Of a stretch of 64,000 bases of DNA, positions 59,901-64,000 are shown in pieces. The position numbers and the translations under genes were made by a program. The notes beneath the pieces are model-generated. The model did not search any database, was not told the DNA's origin, and saw only the letters and a list, made by a program, of their open reading frames with translations. The stretch's first letter is position 1. Every line of letters begins with the position of its first letter. Origin of the DNA: Chrysomallon squamiferum (lineage: Eukaryota > Animalia > Mollusca). Location of the stretch: assembly GCA_012295275.1 (NCBI GenBank), contig CM022679.1:18910001-18974000 (forward strand), written 5' to 3'.

Positions 59901-62209
59901 ACTCTTCAAATAATATCAATCAATCTATAATCACACGTTCCTATCTCTTAGATCTTTTTACCTTATTGTTTCCTAATAGACAGGATTCTCTGAAGTAGAG
60001 AAAACATTTATCATCTAATACAATCAGTTCACACGTATCTACAAAAGAAATAATGCATCACTTGAAAGCAGAATGTAAATGTTTTTATTGTTACTTTCTT
60101 CTTTTATTTTCTGTCCTTATTTCACAAACCAGTTTTGGTTTTACTTCAGATAAGGCAAGAAATAATTTTCAGAAATATGGTATTAGTAATTTATTAGGTT
60201 AATGAGACTACATTTATGACAGAACTCATCCTGAATTCTGGAATCATTGTCTGAAAAGGAAATAAGCAAAAGAAGCGGATCATTTAACCGACGATGTGTT
60301 CAAAGGAAATTAACAAATTTTTATTAATAATACGACATAGGCAGTCGTGACGATTGCATTTTAAAATAAATATTTCTGATTACGTTGTGCTTTTTACATC
60401 ATCATCTGAAGAATTAAGAACAAAGGTTATTTTTAATCCAGTAATGGAGTTTCTTTATGCAGTTCAAAGGTGAGATTTTCGGATCCTTTTACAAAGGTCT
60501 TGTTATTTTAAGCTGAGAGATGTTCAAGTGATGCTGACAAGATGACAATATCGCTGTCGCCATGTCTGCATTAGGCAACTTTGTGAATGTTTTGAGAAAT
60601 GTTATCTAGCACCTAATAAGTACTTAGAGATGACGTTTTGAAGAATACATTTTACGTTAGTGATTTCTCAACAGAATAACTGTCTTAAATGTGTCGTGCC
60701 TTGTATTAGTCGTACGCAGGTGATTGTAATTAGCAAACTGTCTAACCTTATTCCTCAAACAATTATTATGATACTAAATGCCACACCAAACCGCACGAAG
60801 TGAAAATTACATAGTTCTAACCATCTCTATTGCACTGTTAATATAACAAAACCCTCCTGCTCCCCAATCAAAAATAATTAACACAAAACTAAACAGCAAC
60901 AAACAAATGATATATATATGCAGAATAAAAAAATAAATAATAATAATAATAAAAAAAAGAAGATGAAGAAGAAGAAAAAAATAAAAAGAAGAAGAAGAAA
61001 GAACGAAAGACAGAAACAAAGAAACAAAAAGAAAAAGGAAAACAAAAATCTATAATTGACAACGTCTCTGTATCGTCTTTCCCAGCATTTAATTAACACT
61101 TTTATATCTAGTAGACTAAACTAATCCGCTAATAAAATAATAATCAAACGAACAGGCAATGCAATACACACAGCATCACCTTTAGACAGCCAGCGAGTGA
61201 GCTGTAAAGAAGTAATTAGTAGTCTTGTTTCTGTTGTTAAACCAGACGATTCACATCGTCAAAACAAACAGAAATGTAAAGGCAAAGAGCATACTTCCTG
61301 TTAATTGATAACGTACAGCAGCTACAACGTGGTACTGTTAAAACAGTTGCAAGTGTGAGTATGTTATTACTTACACGTGTCTTGCAAGTAGCATTTAAAG
61401 AAAAGCAACATATTTTTGAGTGAATCCTATGTAGCGTATATATGTATGTATGTATGTACGTACGTATATACGTATAATATGTATGTAGTACGTATGTAGT
61501 ACGTATGCATTATTATTATTATTATTGCTATTATTATCTTTGGTAAATATATGAAAGCAAGCTGTTAATAAATTTAGTTGTTTGTAGGGATGTGTATGTG
61601 ACTGAAATTAAATCATGGTGCATGGTTGCTTATACATACTTTCTCGACGCTATTTTGCGGATACTGTCAGTGTTTCAAGATTTGTTTTCTCAAAGACTGA
61701 AATATGGAAAATGCACATAAAAGAACTGTTGGTGATAGTTTATAACAGCAGTCAATTATTTTGCTCTCTCAAATATGGACTGTACACGAACTGTGTGTTT
61801 AACACTTAAGTGTATGAAAATGTGACAGGAGACGTTAAACAACAGTCATTCATTGAGGCGGAAAATTCTGTTTCATTCGTTTTTTCGTTTTCTGAAGCAA
61901 TATTTTTATTTAAGTAAATTTTCTGGGATTAGTTTCGACAAAAATCTACAAAAAAGAAAGAAAAAGAAAAAAGAAGTAACAAAAACAAACAAACAAATAA
62001 AAAAAACCCACGAAACTAAATCAATAAATATTTCATTGCTATTCGTGGTCTAGTTTGGTCTGAATATATGTGAACGGATCCCGTGAGAACATATAACATG
62101 AGGCGATTTCAGTTTCAATATTTCTTGTCCTCTACGAATAAATTCTAATTGAACTATCAAATTACAAATATTCTACCTAAGTAAGGAAAAGTGAAGACGC
62201 TGCTAAGTA

Positions 62210-62266
<57 letters not shown>

Positions 62267-63146
62267 CGGATATCTTTAAGCAAGAAAATGATATCAAAAT
62301 AAAGGGAGAAACAAATTTAATTAAAAATGATTAAATAAAAATAAATGAAAAAGGTCGACCTGGTCTGTTTGATACAATCGCGTGATATCACCGTATGTTT
62401 CCATTGTTAACTGAAAGACAACTGGGAAAACGAAAACGAAATAGGATTATAAATATATTTCACGACTGTCTGATTAACGTGATCTTATATAACATGAATC
62501 GGAAACCAATGTGTCTTCTGCAAACAGGTCTCCACAGTGATAAATAATTTTCTTTGGTGCCTGAGATTAATATAGAATTCAAATTCAAATCCGTTAATAT
62601 CGAGAGGTTTTCAACGTTATTTCTACTTTGTCTCCATGGTTACATATATCATGTCTCTTTGGTGATGTCTATTCTTTGATTACATTACGAAATTTATACG
62701 ATTTAGCTCATGAACAGTTCACATGCTATTCATGATATGATTCATACACAGTTCAACAAATACTCGCTTGTTTGTTATGTCAGGTTTTATTAAGTCAACA
62801 ACTACGATGACGATAATATTAGCTGCAGCAATAGCTAAAACAACGATAACGATTATGATGACAATAATATTTAACATTTTTGTTTATATAAACTGATAAA
62901 TGAAAACTATATTATTATTATTATTTTAAATAGCCAAATCAAGAAAAAATGTGGAGAGAATCAATAACAGCAACAAAAAAGGAAATATACAAGATATCCC
63001 TGAAAAACAGAACCTTCTAGGAAAACCAACAATAAAAATAATTTATAACTAAATTCGCGCAAAACATTAATAAACCACATTCCAAAATAATAACAGCAAT
63101 AAAAAAGACAGACACAAAATAAATAAACAGTGCAGCCTAAAAATTA

Positions 63147-63184
<38 letters not shown>

Positions 63185-64000
63185 AATTGAAAACATAACC
63201 TTTCACCAATTTTTTTTTTAAATGCGCTTTTTCTTTTTTCTATTCTATTGTCATCGTCATTTTGAAAAAAAAAAATAGCATAATTATATTGTCGTCTAGG
63301 TTTTATTTTAACAATAATAATTGCCATACTTTCAAGACTTTGCTAAGGCAACTTATACAAGACGTTCTTGATCGACCTCTGTCTGCCTCTTCACTGTGTA
63401 AAACAGATTGAGGTTTGCATTAACAGTAATTACAGTTACGTGTGCGTCGTCTTGGAAAATAACTTCTCAGTACCTGGCTCAGTTGAAACCCAAATCCTTC
63501 ATTAGTCTTGCAGAACCCGGTATAACAAGAATCTCAGTCCTATATTATACTCAGAGAGATCATTTCTTTAAAACAAAAAGAAAAAAAAAAGAAAAAAAGG
63601 AACTATCGTTAATTTAGACATTTTTGTTTATGCTATTTCAAAAAATTATTCACTCCTTACTGAGATAGATAAACCAAATTAATCTGTGTTTATTGCCAGC
63701 ACTGTAGTCTTCGCTGTTTGGACCAGATGCTGCCATCCATTAGAGACAATGTTAGGCGATGTTATCTCCACATACATTAAACGTTTCACGCATTAAATGA
63801 AGTTTCATCTCCTGTCTTACTGTACTTTAACAACATATCTTAATTTCTGAGTCGCCGATTGCTCTGCTGAAACTCATATGATCAAATAGTCTGAATTGGA
63901 GTTTATATTTATATCTTGTTGCAAAGATTTGATATTTTGTTATTTTATTCAGAAGGTTTGTGAAATTTTAAGCTGGTACATTTTATACATAATCATAAAT

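Overview
Eukaryotic, very AT-rich, microsatellite-dense animal DNA, most likely a mollusc (inferred from a SINE-like fragment and the GluN2 tail type; species not determinable). Most ORFs in the supplied track are microsatellite artefacts. Manual splicing on the minus strand, with GT-AG ends and consistent phase at every junction, gives four genes, all on the minus strand. (1) A calpain with 11 exons (9636 to 177) that runs off the left edge and has an intact Cys/His/Asn triad. (2) and (3) A tandem pair of diverged ATF3/Fos-like bZIP paralogs (17628-15551, 294 aa; 22696-20303, 243 aa). (4) A complete NMDA receptor GluN2-type subunit with 16 coding exons (42989-27158, 1046 aa). The right ~21 kb has no recognisable protein-coding exon. 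Repeats include three Tigger/pogo-type non-autonomous elements, MULE and LINE remnants, and SINE fragments. Best leads: the bZIP pair with atypical basic regions and kB-like sites upstream, a CRE/E-box/CRE module upstream of calpain, a GluN2 pore lacking both Asn residues, and a ~95-bp inverted repeat bracketing the exons for the GluN2 tail. None is proven novel without database checks.
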